From Vampirovibrio sp. (GTDB lineage Bacteria; Cyanobacteriota; Vampirovibrionia; Vampirovibrionales; JAJTHC01): DNA of 64,000 nt. Below, one piece after another: positions 1 through 9,697 of this stretch. The notes under the pieces were generated by a model that was not told where the DNA came from, did not search any database, and saw nothing but the letters and a program-made list of their open reading frames with translations. The stretch is from the NCBI GenBank assembly GCA_024998755.1, contig JACEUU010000003.1, positions 1,291,331 to 1,355,330 on the forward strand. The letters are read 5' to 3'. The translations under genes were made by a program, and so were the position numbers. The first letter of the stretch is position 1. Every line of letters starts with the position of its first letter.

Positions 1-397
1 TATTTAACACACTTTCCGGATTTTCCAGTTGGGGTTGCAGGTGGATACCGGGTTCAAAAACCAGTGCCAACCCTAGCCCTAAAAATGAGCTAATCACCAT
101 GAAAACTAAAAACCACAGAAAGACTTTTCCGCCCATACGCCCTAGTTGTTTATGGTCGCCTACGCTGGTAACGCCTACAACCAGTGAACTAACCACTAGC
201 GGGATAACCAACATTTGTACAAGGCGAATAAATAATTGCCCGACGAATTTGAAAACGGCGTGCAGCACGCTAAAATCTTGGGCGTTACTGAATACCAAAC
301 CGAGTGTTGCACCCAAAATAATGGAAAACAGAATGTGCCAGTGGCGTTTAGTACCAAGCCCAAGGGCTAGAAGCATTAACCATAAAAATCTACTCAT
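1..397 (-). CDS. Dicarboxylate/amino acid:cation symporter (SDF/GltP family), N-terminal part; gene runs off the window start
   Basis: Minus-strand frame is open from ATG at 397-395 to position 1 and is absent from the ORF track. Hydrophobic N-terminus carries the SDF-family motif QMLVIPLVVSSLVVGV. Confidence 0.7.
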   Translation of the reverse strand, partial: MSRFLWLMLLALGLGTKRHWHILFSIILGATLGLVFSNAQDFSVLHAVFKFVGQLFIRLVQMLVIPLVVSSLVVGVTSVGDHKQLGRMGGKVFLWFLVFMVISSFLGLGLALVFEPGIHLQPQLENPESVLN

Positions 398-732
398 AGT
401 AGTCGAAAAGTCCTTTTTTAATTGTTCGTTTAATAGCAAGATAGAACTGTTTATTTGAATTCATTGAAATTGAAGGGAAAAAGAAATAACTATCCCTCAT
501 TATAATAAAAACAAAAATGAATGTCTCTTGTGCTAGCAAAAATAAACAGGTCGGATAGAAACATCTATCCGACCTGTTTATTTTCGTTTGCTTATAGTAT
601 TTTAAAAAGTTTACTGTCTTTTTTTTCTGTGTAGGGGTGGATTGCATCCACCCACTTCTGTTAATTTTAAAGCGGGCGGATGCAATCCGCCCCTACGAGT
701 TCACTAATGATTTAAAAAACTATACTTAAAAC

Positions 733-1758
733 CTACGCTCTTACGCCACGCAACCCTTTAAATAGACGACTGGGAATACCAGCAATCCAAGAAAGTGCAC
801 TTTTAACTGGTTTCGGGTTAAAGACAGTATATCCGCTAACGGCAGTTCCCGTACCCAGTGCTGTAGCTTGAACAGCGGTATTGGTTGCTAACCCAGTAGC
901 CAAACCTGAAATTGAAGCACCCACAGCAGGAGCATTTGCAGCAACTACACCACTAACAGCAGTTCCTAAGCCAGCGATTACTGGACCCAAACCTGTTACC
1001 ATTAAAAATGCAGATCCAAATAAGAAGGTTGCTGGAATAGCCACAACTTTTAATAGGTTTTCAACAGCACCGCTATTGTTAATGGCTTCGCCAGCTTTGT
1101 TTAAAACGTTTTTTGCATCTTGTTTGGCATTTTTAACAATTTCTTTACCCGCTTTGGTTAAAGCGGTTTGGGCAAACTTATTACCACTATCTTTCAACGC
1201 TCTTAATTCTGTGGCATAGGCATTTAAAGCACCTTTTGGTAACTTATTCAACAAAGCCCCATCATTACGTTCTAAAACAGCTAGCATTTTGGTTACAATT
1301 TTCTTTTTGGCTTCGTCTGTTTCGGCATTTTTAAAGTCTGTTTTAAGGGCTTCAAATTGGGTTTTGGCTCGTTCTAGTTTGCCTTCATTGCCGCCAATGC
1401 CTAATTTATCTTTAATCCAATCTAACTTAAAATAAGCTAATGCTCCTAAGCCAACTGCTCCTGCACCACCCAACACCCAAGTTACGGGTTTTTTCCAAAA
1501 TGAAACCGGTGCGGCCGCTACGGCTAATGGTGCTGCGTATGCAGGTGATGCTATTGGTTGTTGATTTGATGGCATTTCATAGGGTGCAGTTGGCTGTGCA
1601 GCCCCTTGGGCAGATGGGTTATAGCTATCAATATTACCTGCAGGTGGCTGAAAGTTGCCATAAGTGTCAGCAGGGTAAGGCGGGTTATTGGTTGATGGCT
1701 GTTGTTGTAACCCAACACGGTTTTGAATTTGGGTTGGTAGAAGAGAAAATGTTTGCAT
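733..1758 (-). CDS. Hypothetical membrane-anchored protein with Pro/Gln-rich N-terminus and Ala/Gly-rich C-terminal hydrophobic segment
   Basis: 341-aa ORF with coding-like composition, TM-like stretches and Lys-rich helical middle. No family recognised. Confidence 0.45.
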   Translation of the reverse strand: MQTFSLLPTQIQNRVGLQQQPSTNNPPYPADTYGNFQPPAGNIDSYNPSAQGAAQPTAPYEMPSNQQPIASPAYAAPLAVAAAPVSFWKKPVTWVLGGAGAVGLGALAYFKLDWIKDKLGIGGNEGKLERAKTQFEALKTDFKNAETDEAKKKIVTKMLAVLERNDGALLNKLPKGALNAYATELRALKDSGNKFAQTALTKAGKEIVKNAKQDAKNVLNKAGEAINNSGAVENLLKVVAIPATFLFGSAFLMVTGLGPVIAGLGTAVSGVVAANAPAVGASISGLATGLATNTAVQATALGTGTAVSGYTVFNPKPVKSALSWIAGIPSRLFKGLRGVRA

Positions 1759-1874
1759 TTTGATTGGTTTCCTTCGGCAAGCGTTAGGAGTGTAAAAAAC
1801 TTTACAGCCTTGGATGGCTATTTGATATTAGAGTAAAACACCCTACAATGAAAAAAATGCTACCCAATTTAAAA

Positions 1875-2816
1875 TTAGTTTATTGAAGTTAAAATACTGG
1901 TTTCAATGGCTTGATACCAGTGCGGTTGCGTAGGTTGGTTTGTCCAAAATGAAAAGGCCTCGATGCCTTGGTTTATTAGCATACCTAAACCGTTTTGATT
2001 ATTCAAGTTAAAGTGCTTTGCATAAGAAAGAAATAGGGTTTCAGTGGGCTTGTAAATTAAATCGCTCACAAAGCAGTTGGGGGGTACTGCTGCCAGTTGG
2101 GCTAAGCTTAGCGGGCTAGCTTTCACATCAGGAATCATACCCACTGGGGTTGTATTGATAATCAGTTGCGTTGAAGCCAGCAAGCTGGGTGTTACCGCTT
2201 CAAAGGTTGAAACTTCAAACGCACTACCCACTTGTTTTGCCCACTGGGTTGCCAAGTTAATAATGGGCTGGGCTTTTTCAAGATTCCGAACCACTAACGT
2301 TATTTTAGCCACCGCTGGTTTTGTAAAAAACAGAGCTTCCAACACGGCTCTACACGCCCCACCGGCACCTAATACCAGTGCATTACGTTGGTTTAGTGTG
2401 TGTTTTACGGCTTCAGGCAAGGCGGTGTAAAACCCAATACCATCCGTATTATGCCCAATATATGTGCCATCCTCTAAGTGTTTAACGGTGTTAACTGCTT
2501 GAATGCGGTTGGCTTGGGGGGTGCGTTGGCTGACCCAATTGTAGGCATCTACCTTATAAGGAATGGTTACGTTAAAGCCTGTTAGCGGTGAATGCGTTGT
2601 TACTACACCCCAAAACCCATCGGTTTGCTGGAACTGGTCTGGTTCAATGGGAATTAAATTGAAAACGCCTTTGAGGTTACAAAGCTTTAACAAGGTTTGA
2701 TGAATAATAGGCGATAAACTTTTGTTAAGCGGATACCCTACTAAGCCTAAGTGAAGGGTTGAAGAATCAGTTGTTTTTTGACTATCAGTAGTCGTCATTA
2801 ATAAAAAAGCCATCAA
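1875..2816 (-). CDS. aroE: Shikimate 5-dehydrogenase
   Basis: NADP-binding motif LVLGAGGACRAV and overall AroE architecture. True start is probably internal, near LHLGLVGYP. Confidence 0.8.
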   Translation of the reverse strand: MMAFLLMTTTDSQKTTDSSTLHLGLVGYPLNKSLSPIIHQTLLKLCNLKGVFNLIPIEPDQFQQTDGFWGVVTTHSPLTGFNVTIPYKVDAYNWVSQRTPQANRIQAVNTVKHLEDGTYIGHNTDGIGFYTALPEAVKHTLNQRNALVLGAGGACRAVLEALFFTKPAVAKITLVVRNLEKAQPIINLATQWAKQVGSAFEVSTFEAVTPSLLASTQLIINTTPVGMIPDVKASPLSLAQLAAVPPNCFVSDLIYKPTETLFLSYAKHFNLNNQNGLGMLINQGIEAFSFWTNQPTQPHWYQAIETSILTSIN

Positions 2817-2826
2817 ATTAAAAAAT

Positions 2827-2898
2827 AGGCGACACCCAGATTCGAACTGGGGAGTAGAAGTTTTGCAGACTTCCGCCTTACCACTTGGCCATGTCGCC
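2827..2898 (-). tRNA. tRNA-Cys (GCA)
   Basis: Reverse complement folds as a cloverleaf: acceptor GGCGACA/TGTCGCC, anticodon stem GAAGT/ACTTC, loop CTGCAAA, T-arm CCCAG-TTCGAAT-CTGGG. Confidence 0.8.
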
Positions 2899-3032
2899 TT
2901 AACCTATTAAGCACTATAAGCCAAACAGACCCGCCTGACAAGGGGGTATTCAACCAAGATGGAAAAACGAATTCACCTTAACACCTGACAAAAAGCGGAA
3001 CTTTCAATTTTGCTCGATTTTATTGCAATTAT

Positions 3033-3256
3033 TAGCTTCAAACCATCTGCAGTTGGCAATAGGCTGGTGCGAACGTAGTGAAGCAGACCAATTAAGAAGC
3101 CCTCTTATAGCTTCCGCTCAAGCCTATTGCCAACGTGCTAGCCAACAAGTTAACCCTTGAGAGGGGATTAATAAGGGGGCGTGGAGCCCCCTTGTTTTTG
3201 CGGGGGGTGTGGGGGGTGCCCAAACGGTACCCCCCACGAAAGCCCTAGCCCGAAGC
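3033..3256 (+). repeat. Copy 1 of a 225-235 bp tRNA-adjacent structured repeat (family E): internal 13-bp hairpin plus G-run hairpins
   Basis: About 80% identical to 9418-9652. Contains the inverted repeat TTGGCAATAGGCT ... AGCCTATTGCCAA and the hairpins GGGGGCGTGGAGCCCCC and GGGGGGTGCCCAAACGGTACCCCCC. Confidence 0.7.
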
Positions 3257-3359
3257 GATTAACCCGTCCGAATTTTTTAAAACAAAAAAAAGGTCAGGTG
3301 AAAAAATGAATTCACTAAAAATTAGCACAGTAGCATCAAAAAAGGCTATAATCGGATAA

Positions 3360-4667
3360 ATGATTCAACGTTCTGTTAGAAAGAGGTATCCATCTCCTAT
3401 GTCCACATTGATTATCGACCAATTTACTACCCCACCTAGTCTTTTTCATGTGCTAATTTTAGAAGGGCAAAGCCAGTATGGGGCAAATAACCGCTTTGCG
3501 TTGGATTTAGACCAAGCCCTTCAAGCCAGAGGCCACCAAGTAACCCGTGCCCATTTTGATGATGCTACCTTCAACGACGTCATCATCAATGCCCTTCAAG
3601 GTGGCGGAACCCCGCTTAGCTTAATTATTAGCTTCAACGGCATTGCCAAAGAATTAACTATTAATGATACCCCCTTAAGCCAACTGCTTAATATTCCGTG
3701 CATTAACTACTTTGTAGACCACCCTATGAAGCAGTATAGCAGGGCAGATTTACCTATTGAACAGCACATTAATACTTATGTAGATGAAGCCCATGTGGGG
3801 TTTGCCAAACAGTTTTTATCGCAACACTTTAACGGGCTTTCGGGGTGTTTAAAACACGCAGGGGTTCAACTTAAGTCTGCCAAAAAACCGATAGCCTATG
3901 AAAAACGAGACCATCAAATATTAGTGGCGGGTAGTTATAAACCGTTTGATGCCTGTTGGGCAGACTTAACATTTGAAGGCACGCCCGTGCTAACCCAATT
4001 GCTTCAAACCATTGTGGAAGCTCAAATTGATGATCCTGAAACACCCATGGGCAGTCGGTTTCTTTCGGCGTTTGAACAAGCTGGTATGAATACCGCCTTA
4101 TTAGACAATACGTTACTATTACAGTTGTTTTTACGGGTTGAACGAGCCGTTGAAATGCATTTTCGGGGCGGATTTATTCAAGCGGCTGAAGACTTACCTT
4201 TGCTAATTGCTGGTAATGGGTGGGAAAAATTTAAGAAGCCTTCTAAGGCATGGCAAATGGTAGGGGCTCAGCAGTTTGATTGGCTATTGGAAAAAATTCA
4301 GCAAGTAAAACTGGTATGGAGCCAAGTTTATTGTTTTACCCAAGGTGGGCATGAACGTATTTTTTATGCCCAAGCTAATGGTACGGCGGTGGCTTGTGAT
4401 GATATGCCTTGGCTACGGGAAACTTATGATGATGAAAAGGAAGCCCTACTCATTGCACCCAACGATTTTACCGCAGGGGTTGAAAAAATAGGGTACTGGC
4501 TTAATGAACAACCTACAAAAAAATTAGAAGCCCTAGCCAAGGGGGGGCAAGCAGTTTGTTTGGCGAACCATACTTGGCAACATCGGGTTCTTGAAATTGA
4601 AAGTTGGGTGGAACAATATACTGCCTATCAAACCTTATTGCATCCCAAGGAATATGGCGTTTTTTAA
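3360..4667 (+). CDS. Hypothetical protein (435 aa)
   Basis: Long ORF with coding-like composition. No motif recognised. Confidence 0.5.
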   Translation: MIQRSVRKRYPSPMSTLIIDQFTTPPSLFHVLILEGQSQYGANNRFALDLDQALQARGHQVTRAHFDDATFNDVIINALQGGGTPLSLIISFNGIAKELTINDTPLSQLLNIPCINYFVDHPMKQYSRADLPIEQHINTYVDEAHVGFAKQFLSQHFNGLSGCLKHAGVQLKSAKKPIAYEKRDHQILVAGSYKPFDACWADLTFEGTPVLTQLLQTIVEAQIDDPETPMGSRFLSAFEQAGMNTALLDNTLLLQLFLRVERAVEMHFRGGFIQAAEDLPLLIAGNGWEKFKKPSKAWQMVGAQQFDWLLEKIQQVKLVWSQVYCFTQGGHERIFYAQANGTAVACDDMPWLRETYDDEKEALLIAPNDFTAGVEKIGYWLNEQPTKKLEALAKGGQAVCLANHTWQHRVLEIESWVEQYTAYQTLLHPKEYGVF

Positions 4668-4826
4668 TACCAATTAAAAAATTAAATAGTATAAACTCTT
4701 AAAACGGGAAGCCACGGAGAGCTTCCCCTACAGTCGCATTTTCGTAGGGGCTGGTCTCTGTGCCAGCCCGCTTAGATATAGCCCAAAATACGCTATTCAA
4801 AATACTATAATGGGTATAAAAAGCCT

Positions 4827-5459
4827 TTAAGGTATAACCATGCCTGAAGGTTTAAACAGGTAAACATCCGTAGCGGTAACACCTAACTCTCCAAACGCTT
4901 GGGTAATACGCGTTTGTCTATTTTCGGGTGTTAGGGTTTCTACGGTTACTCTGGCTATTTTAACGGCTTCACCTCTACTTGGCTCTATGGTTCTTTCAAA
5001 ACAGTTGGTAACGGGTGCTGTGGTTTGGTCTCCGCAAGTAAACCTAATAGTTGCTTCCATGTAATTAGGCAAAACAGTGATGGTTGCAAAATTAATGGGG
5101 GCATCTGGGCTGGGTGTATTGCTTTGAGACCGAACCATGGTGTTATTAGTAAATGTGTAAGTAACCGTACTACTAGGGCGTCCATTCGAAGCGGGCATAT
5201 CCAGCGTTAGAATAGAAGTACCTGTACCGCTATTGGTTACTGTAAAAGAATCTGCAAAAGAAAATTCTGCTTTTAACTGCGTTAAAAATCGGTTCATTAC
5301 CCCTTGAATGAAGGTTTTGGTTTTAGCACTTTCTCTTTGTTCCATTAGCGTGCTGTTTAGGTTTGCCATAGAAAGCCCAATAATAGCCATCATCGCCATG
5401 GCAATAACCAGTTCTATGAGGGTAAAGCCTTTATTCACTGGCTTTTTCAGTTTAAGCAT
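4827..5459 (-). CDS. Type IV pilin-like or pseudopilin protein with prepilin N-terminal cleavage/methylation domain
   Basis: N-terminus is MLKLKKPVNKGFTLIELVIAMAMMAII, the classic prepilin leader plus hydrophobic helix. Confidence 0.7.
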   Translation of the reverse strand: MLKLKKPVNKGFTLIELVIAMAMMAIIGLSMANLNSTLMEQRESAKTKTFIQGVMNRFLTQLKAEFSFADSFTVTNSGTGTSILTLDMPASNGRPSSTVTYTFTNNTMVRSQSNTPSPDAPINFATITVLPNYMEATIRFTCGDQTTAPVTNCFERTIEPSRGEAVKIARVTVETLTPENRQTRITQAFGELGVTATDVYLFKPSGMVIP

Positions 5460-5487
5460 ACTGTAAAACCTTTTCTCAGATTAAAGG

Positions 5488-5570
5488 TCATCGTCATTTC
5501 GAGCTTGTAGAGGTCCCCCTAGACGGTAAGGAGATTCATCGACTACGCTCGGAATGACACGCAATTTACC
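5488..5570 (+). repeat. MITE-like 80-bp element (family D), copy 1
   Basis: About 80% identical to 17471-17550. Terminal inverted repeat GTCATTTCGAGC ... GCTCGGAATGAC. Confidence 0.6.
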
Positions 5571-5619
5571 GTTAACGTTTATATGTTATAGATGTTCCAA
5601 ATATTATTGAGCCATTTTA

Positions 5620-5717
5620 TTGTAGGGGCGGACTGCGTCCGCCCGCCTAAAGATTGACTGAAACGGGCGGATGCAATCCGCCCCGACAGGTTCAAGAATG
5701 ATTGAAAATACTATACT
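5620..5717 (+). repeat. Palindromic GTAGGGG...CCCCTAC dispersed element (family A), copy
   Basis: Two hairpins, GGGGCGGACTGCGTCCGCCC and GGGCGGATGCAATCCGCCCC, with the conserved tail TTCAAGAATGATTGAAAATACTATAC. Related copies lie at 629-730, 6262-6428, 12205-12385, 38062-38265 and 62252-62318. Confidence 0.7.
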
Positions 5718-5767
5718 AAACTTATCGGTCAGTAGGTTGCATTTCTGAAATGGCATTAGGCGTTTTA

Positions 5768-6241
5768 TTATAAGCCAGCTAAAAAATTGCAGGGGCTTAC
5801 CACCACGCTGGGGGCAGGTTCTTTGCAATCTTGTTTAGGCAAGGGCTGTAAACTAAAGGCGGTAAAGCCTGTTAAATTGGTCATGCACACATCACCACAG
5901 GTATTGGTGGTAAATTCCACACTTCTTACTCTACCTCTATTGGTGCTGGCTGTTATGTTGGTTGTATTTGTTTTGGTTAAAGTAATATATCGATGCGGTG
6001 GCATTGCAGCAATCACCGTATCAGCAGCCAGTTCATTGGGTTTAGAATTGGTTCTATCTGCCCCTTGCAACACCACGCTTTGCAAGGTGGCTTGAACGGT
6101 GTTAAACGCCCTTACGTCTTTTTGTTCATCTGCATCGCCCATGGCAACAATGGCAAATGTTGTAAAAATGCCCAGTATCGCCATAATAATAACCAGCTCT
6201 ATAAGAGTAAATCCGTGGGCTGAGACTTTTTTTCTAAACAA
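5768..6241 (-). CDS. Type IV pilin-like protein (prepilin N-terminal methylation domain)
   Basis: N-terminus is MFRKKVSAHGFTLIELVIIMAILGI. Confidence 0.7.
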   Translation of the reverse strand: MFRKKVSAHGFTLIELVIIMAILGIFTTFAIVAMGDADEQKDVRAFNTVQATLQSVVLQGADRTNSKPNELAADTVIAAMPPHRYITLTKTNTTNITASTNRGRVRSVEFTTNTCGDVCMTNLTGFTAFSLQPLPKQDCKEPAPSVVVSPCNFLAGL

Positions 6242-6261
6242 TGGTAGCTTCCTTCATTTTT

Positions 6262-6428
6262 TCAATACTATAGTATTTTAAAGTATTTCTTTCTTCTGCT
6301 TCTCTGTAGGGGTGCGATTTATCGCATCCGTTTGGTGATTGAGGGGCGGACTGATGCAAAGCATAGACCGCTAGGGCTAATAAATCACGCCCCTACGAAA
6401 CAAATTATTTAAAGCACTATATTGAGTC
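6262..6428 (+). repeat. Family A palindromic dispersed element, copy
   Basis: CTCTGTAGGGGTGCGATTTATCGCATCCG ... CACGCCCCTAC with flanking ACTATAGTATTTTAAAG tails. A near-identical module is at 38062-38160 and an inverted one at 12225-12350. Confidence 0.7.
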
Positions 6429-6620
6429 AGTCTTTTTGTTTATTATATCGTAAATTTTTCACGAAACTGTTGAGGTTTAAAAAAATGACCTTCTTTTCTT
6501 GAAATGTCAAATTTACTTTACATAAGTTTTACTTTTTCATTTCGTCTACTCGTCCTATAATATGAAGATATCTTAATTGCATCTAAAAAAAATTCAAAAC
6601 TTGGGAGAGAATAAACGCTA

Positions 6621-8963
6621 ATGATGAAAGTAATTAAACGAGATGGTAGCCGTGTTGAAGTTCGCTTTGACGAAATTATGGATAGAATTAAATCACTCAG
6701 CTTTGATTTAGACCATCGGTATGTAAAGCCAGATGAAGTGGCTATTAAAGTGGTTGAAGGCTTGTATGATGGTGTAACCACGGAACTGCTAGACCAATTA
6801 GCGGCTGAAACCGCTGCTTCTTTAACAGCAACCCACTCAGATTATGCCGTTCTTTCTGCTAGAATTGCTATTTCCAACTTGCACAAAAAAACCAAGGGCT
6901 CGTTTAGTGAAGTAGCCAAAGATTTGTATGACTACATTGACCCTCGATCCGAACAGAAAGCTCAACTGCTTTCCAAGCCTGTCTATGACTTTATTCAAGA
7001 AAACGCCAAACGCTTAGACGCGGTTGTTCGCTATGAACGGGATTATTTGTTTGATTATTTTGGCTTTAAAACCTTAGAACGTAGTTATTTATTAAAACTG
7101 AAAGGGGTTATAGCTGAACGCCCTCAGCATATGTGGATGCGGGTAGCTGTGGGTATTCATTGTGGCGATTTAGACGCTGTGATTGAAACCTACAACTTGC
7201 TTTCTGAAAAATGGTTTACCCATGCTTCGCCTACCTTATTTAATGCGGGTACGCCACAACCTCAACTTTCTTCTTGCTTCTTGTTGGGTATGCAAGATGA
7301 TAGTATTACTGGCATTTACGATACGCTTAAACAAACGGCGTTAATCTCCAAATCTGCCGGTGGTATTGGCTTACACATCCATAATGTGCGGGCAAAAGGT
7401 AGTTACATTAAGGGTACGAATGGTACTTCTAACGGCATTGTACCGATGTTACGGGTGTTTAACGATACGGCTCGGTACGTTGACCAAGGTGGCAATAAAC
7501 GCAAGGGTGCTTTTGCGGTTTACCTAGAACCTTGGCACGCGGATGTGTTTGAATTTTTAGATTTACGCAAAAACCATGGTAAGGAAGAACTGCGGACTCG
7601 GGATTTATTTACCGCCCTGTGGATTCCTGATTTATTTATGAAGCGGGTTGAAGAAGACGCTGAATGGTCGTTATTTTGCCCGAACGAAGCCCCTGGTTTG
7701 GCAGATGTTTGGGGCGATGCCTTTGAAACGCTTTATACCAGTTATGAAGAAAAAGGCAAAGCCAAAAAAGTGGTTAAGGCCAGAGAATTGTGGTTTACCA
7801 TTTTGGAATCTCAAATTGAAACGGGTACGCCTTACATGCTTTATAAGGATGCTTGTAACGGGAAATCAAACCAGCAAAACTTGGGCACCATTAAATCTTC
7901 CAACTTGTGTACTGAAATTGTGGAATACACGGCCAATGACGAAGTGGCGGTTTGTAACTTGGCTTCCATTGCCCTGAATCGGTTTGTTATTAGTGGCAAG
8001 TTTGATTTTGAAAAACTGCACAAAGTAACCAAAGTCGTTACTCGTAACCTCAATAAAATTATCGACCTTAACTTTTACCCTATTCCGGAAGCGGCGAATA
8101 GCAATTTGCGTCATCGGCCTATTGGTATTGGTATTCAAGGCTTGGCAGACGCTTTCTTGCTTATGCGGTTTGCCTTTGATAGCGATGAAGCCAAACAGTT
8201 GAACAAAGATATTGCGGAAACCCTTTATTATGCTGCGGTGGAAGCTTCAATGGAACTGGCTCAAAAAGATGGGGCTTATAGCACCTTTGAAGGGTCGCCT
8301 GCTTCTAAAGGGCAATTGCAGTTTGATTTATGGGGGCATGAACCCTCAAGCCGGTATGATTGGTTGGCACTCAAAGCGAAAGTTCAGCAATACGGGTTAC
8401 GCAACAGCTTGTTGTTAGCCCCTATGCCTACGGCGTCTACTTCGCAAATTTTGGGTAACAATGAATGTTTTGAGCCTTATACCTCGAATTTATACACTCG
8501 GCGGGTGCTTTCCGGCGAATTCACGATTATTAATCGGTATTTGGTGAAAGATTTAATTCGTCTTGGCTTGTGGGATGAACGCATTCGACACCGTATTATT
8601 GCGGGGAATGGGTCTGTTCAAGCCCTAACCAATGTGCCAGATGAAATTAAGGCGTTGTATAAAACCGTTTGGGAAATTAAACAGCGTGATATTTTGGATA
8701 TGGCGGCGGATAGAGGCCCTTTCATCTGCCAAAGCCAAAGTATGAACATTCATATGGCAAACCCGAATTTTGCGAAGATGGGGTCAATGCACTTCTACGC
8801 TTGGAAAAAAGGGTTGAAGACGGGTATGTATTACTTGCGGTCTAACGCGGCGGTTGAAGCCATTAAATTTACGGTGGATAAAGACTTGGTTCGGGATCAA
8901 CGTGAAGCTGATATTAGTTGTTCGTTGGATAACCCTGAAGAATGCTTGTCTTGCAGTGGTTAA
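6621..8963 (+). CDS. nrdA: Ribonucleoside-diphosphate reductase alpha subunit (class I) with N-terminal ATP cone
   Basis: ATP-cone start [16 protein letters not shown], catalytic-core motifs ([16 protein letters not shown]) and a C-terminal CxxC tail (ECLSCSG). Confidence 0.9.
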   Translation: MMKVIKRDGSRVEVRFDEIMDRIKSLSFDLDHRYVKPDEVAIKVVEGLYDGVTTELLDQLAAETAASLTATHSDYAVLSARIAISNLHKKTKGSFSEVAKDLYDYIDPRSEQKAQLLSKPVYDFIQENAKRLDAVVRYERDYLFDYFGFKTLERSYLLKLKGVIAERPQHMWMRVAVGIHCGDLDAVIETYNLLSEKWFTHASPTLFNAGTPQPQLSSCFLLGMQDDSITGIYDTLKQTALISKSAGGIGLHIHNVRAKGSYIKGTNGTSNGIVPMLRVFNDTARYVDQGGNKRKGAFAVYLEPWHADVFEFLDLRKNHGKEELRTRDLFTALWIPDLFMKRVEEDAEWSLFCPNEAPGLADVWGDAFETLYTSYEEKGKAKKVVKARELWFTILESQIETGTPYMLYKDACNGKSNQQNLGTIKSSNLCTEIVEYTANDEVAVCNLASIALNRFVISGKFDFEKLHKVTKVVTRNLNKIIDLNFYPIPEAANSNLRHRPIGIGIQGLADAFLLMRFAFDSDEAKQLNKDIAETLYYAAVEASMELAQKDGAYSTFEGSPASKGQLQFDLWGHEPSSRYDWLALKAKVQQYGLRNSLLLAPMPTASTSQILGNNECFEPYTSNLYTRRVLSGEFTIINRYLVKDLIRLGLWDERIRHRIIAGNGSVQALTNVPDEIKALYKTVWEIKQRDILDMAADRGPFICQSQSMNIHMANPNFAKMGSMHFYAWKKGLKTGMYYLRSNAAVEAIKFTVDKDLVRDQREADISCSLDNPEECLSCSG

Positions 8964-9004
8964 AACCAATTCAAAGTTTAACTATCGTTAGCGTATACGT
9001 TGTT

Positions 9005-9066
9005 ACTGGGCAGTTAAAAATCCTCAACGTACGTCTCTGTACGCCTGCGGTTTTTAACTGCCTAGT
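9005..9066 (+). terminator. Long hairpin downstream of nrdA, putative terminator
   Basis: Inverted repeat GGCAGTTAAAAA ... TTTTTAACTGCC encloses an inner hairpin CGTACGTCTCTGTACG. Confidence 0.45.
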
Positions 9067-9240
9067 GCCTAGTCTCCATCTAACGCTATTCAATCTTTGA
9101 ATCGGTATAAAAACCTATAAACTGCTTGATTTTCGCCCTTGAAGCGGTACACTAGAATAGTAGTTAAGCAATTCCCCTTTTAGTTTAACCCATTGCTTTT
9201 AGCAGTATGTTTTACTAAAGTTGTTTAGCTATTTAAAAAA

Positions 9241-9314
<74 letters not shown>

Positions 9315-9315
9315 T

Positions 9316-9372
9316 ACTCAGAATCCAGATAGTTTGCTTAATTGCACACCATCTGGATTTTGAGTTTTTAGG
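9316..9372 (+). terminator. Rho-independent terminator after tRNA-Pro
   Basis: Hairpin CTCAGAATCCAGAT ... ATCTGGATTTTGAG followed by TTTTT. Confidence 0.55.
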
Positions 9373-9417
9373 GGATTCCAAAAGTTAATTAGCTATTTTA
9401 GCCCAGTCTGAAATTGC

Positions 9418-9652
9418 TAGCTTCAAACCATATGTAGTTGGAGACAGGCTGGTGCGAGCGTAGCGAAGCAGGGCAATTAGGGAGCCTCTTTTGCTTCCGC
9501 CCAAGCCTGTTTTCAACGTGCTAGCCAACCAATCAACCAGTTGTTCCCCTGGGGTTTCTTAAGGGGGTGGCGAACTGCCCCTTAAGCGGTGGGGGGTTGT
9601 AAGGGGGGGGCTGACGCCAGTCCCCCCTTACGCATCCACCTTAGCCCGAAGC
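9418..9652 (+). repeat. Copy 2 of the tRNA-adjacent structured repeat (family E)
   Basis: Same order of hairpins as 3033-3256. Stem differences are compensatory: C-G becomes A-T, T-A becomes C-G, and there are two G-U wobbles. Confidence 0.7.
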
Positions 9653-9697
9653 AACTATCTCTAAAAAGTCTCAATAATAGTAGGAACAGTTATACAC

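Noticed and set aside
99-458. 119-aa plus-strand ORF
   Set aside because: Low-complexity, non-conserved translation that is fully antisense to a convincing minus-strand SDF-family symporter N-terminus.
5604-5828. 74-aa minus-strand ORF, and similar 6518-6781 and 36279-36485 ORFs
   Set aside because: They span dispersed repeat elements or intergenic or promoter DNA, have odd composition and overlap neighbouring real genes.
6540-6575. NrdR-box upstream of nrdA
   Set aside because: Only a 10-bp palindrome (AAGATATCTT) and a TATAAT hexamer are visible. No pair of 16-bp ACAC...GTGT boxes could be found, so no NrdR site is claimed.
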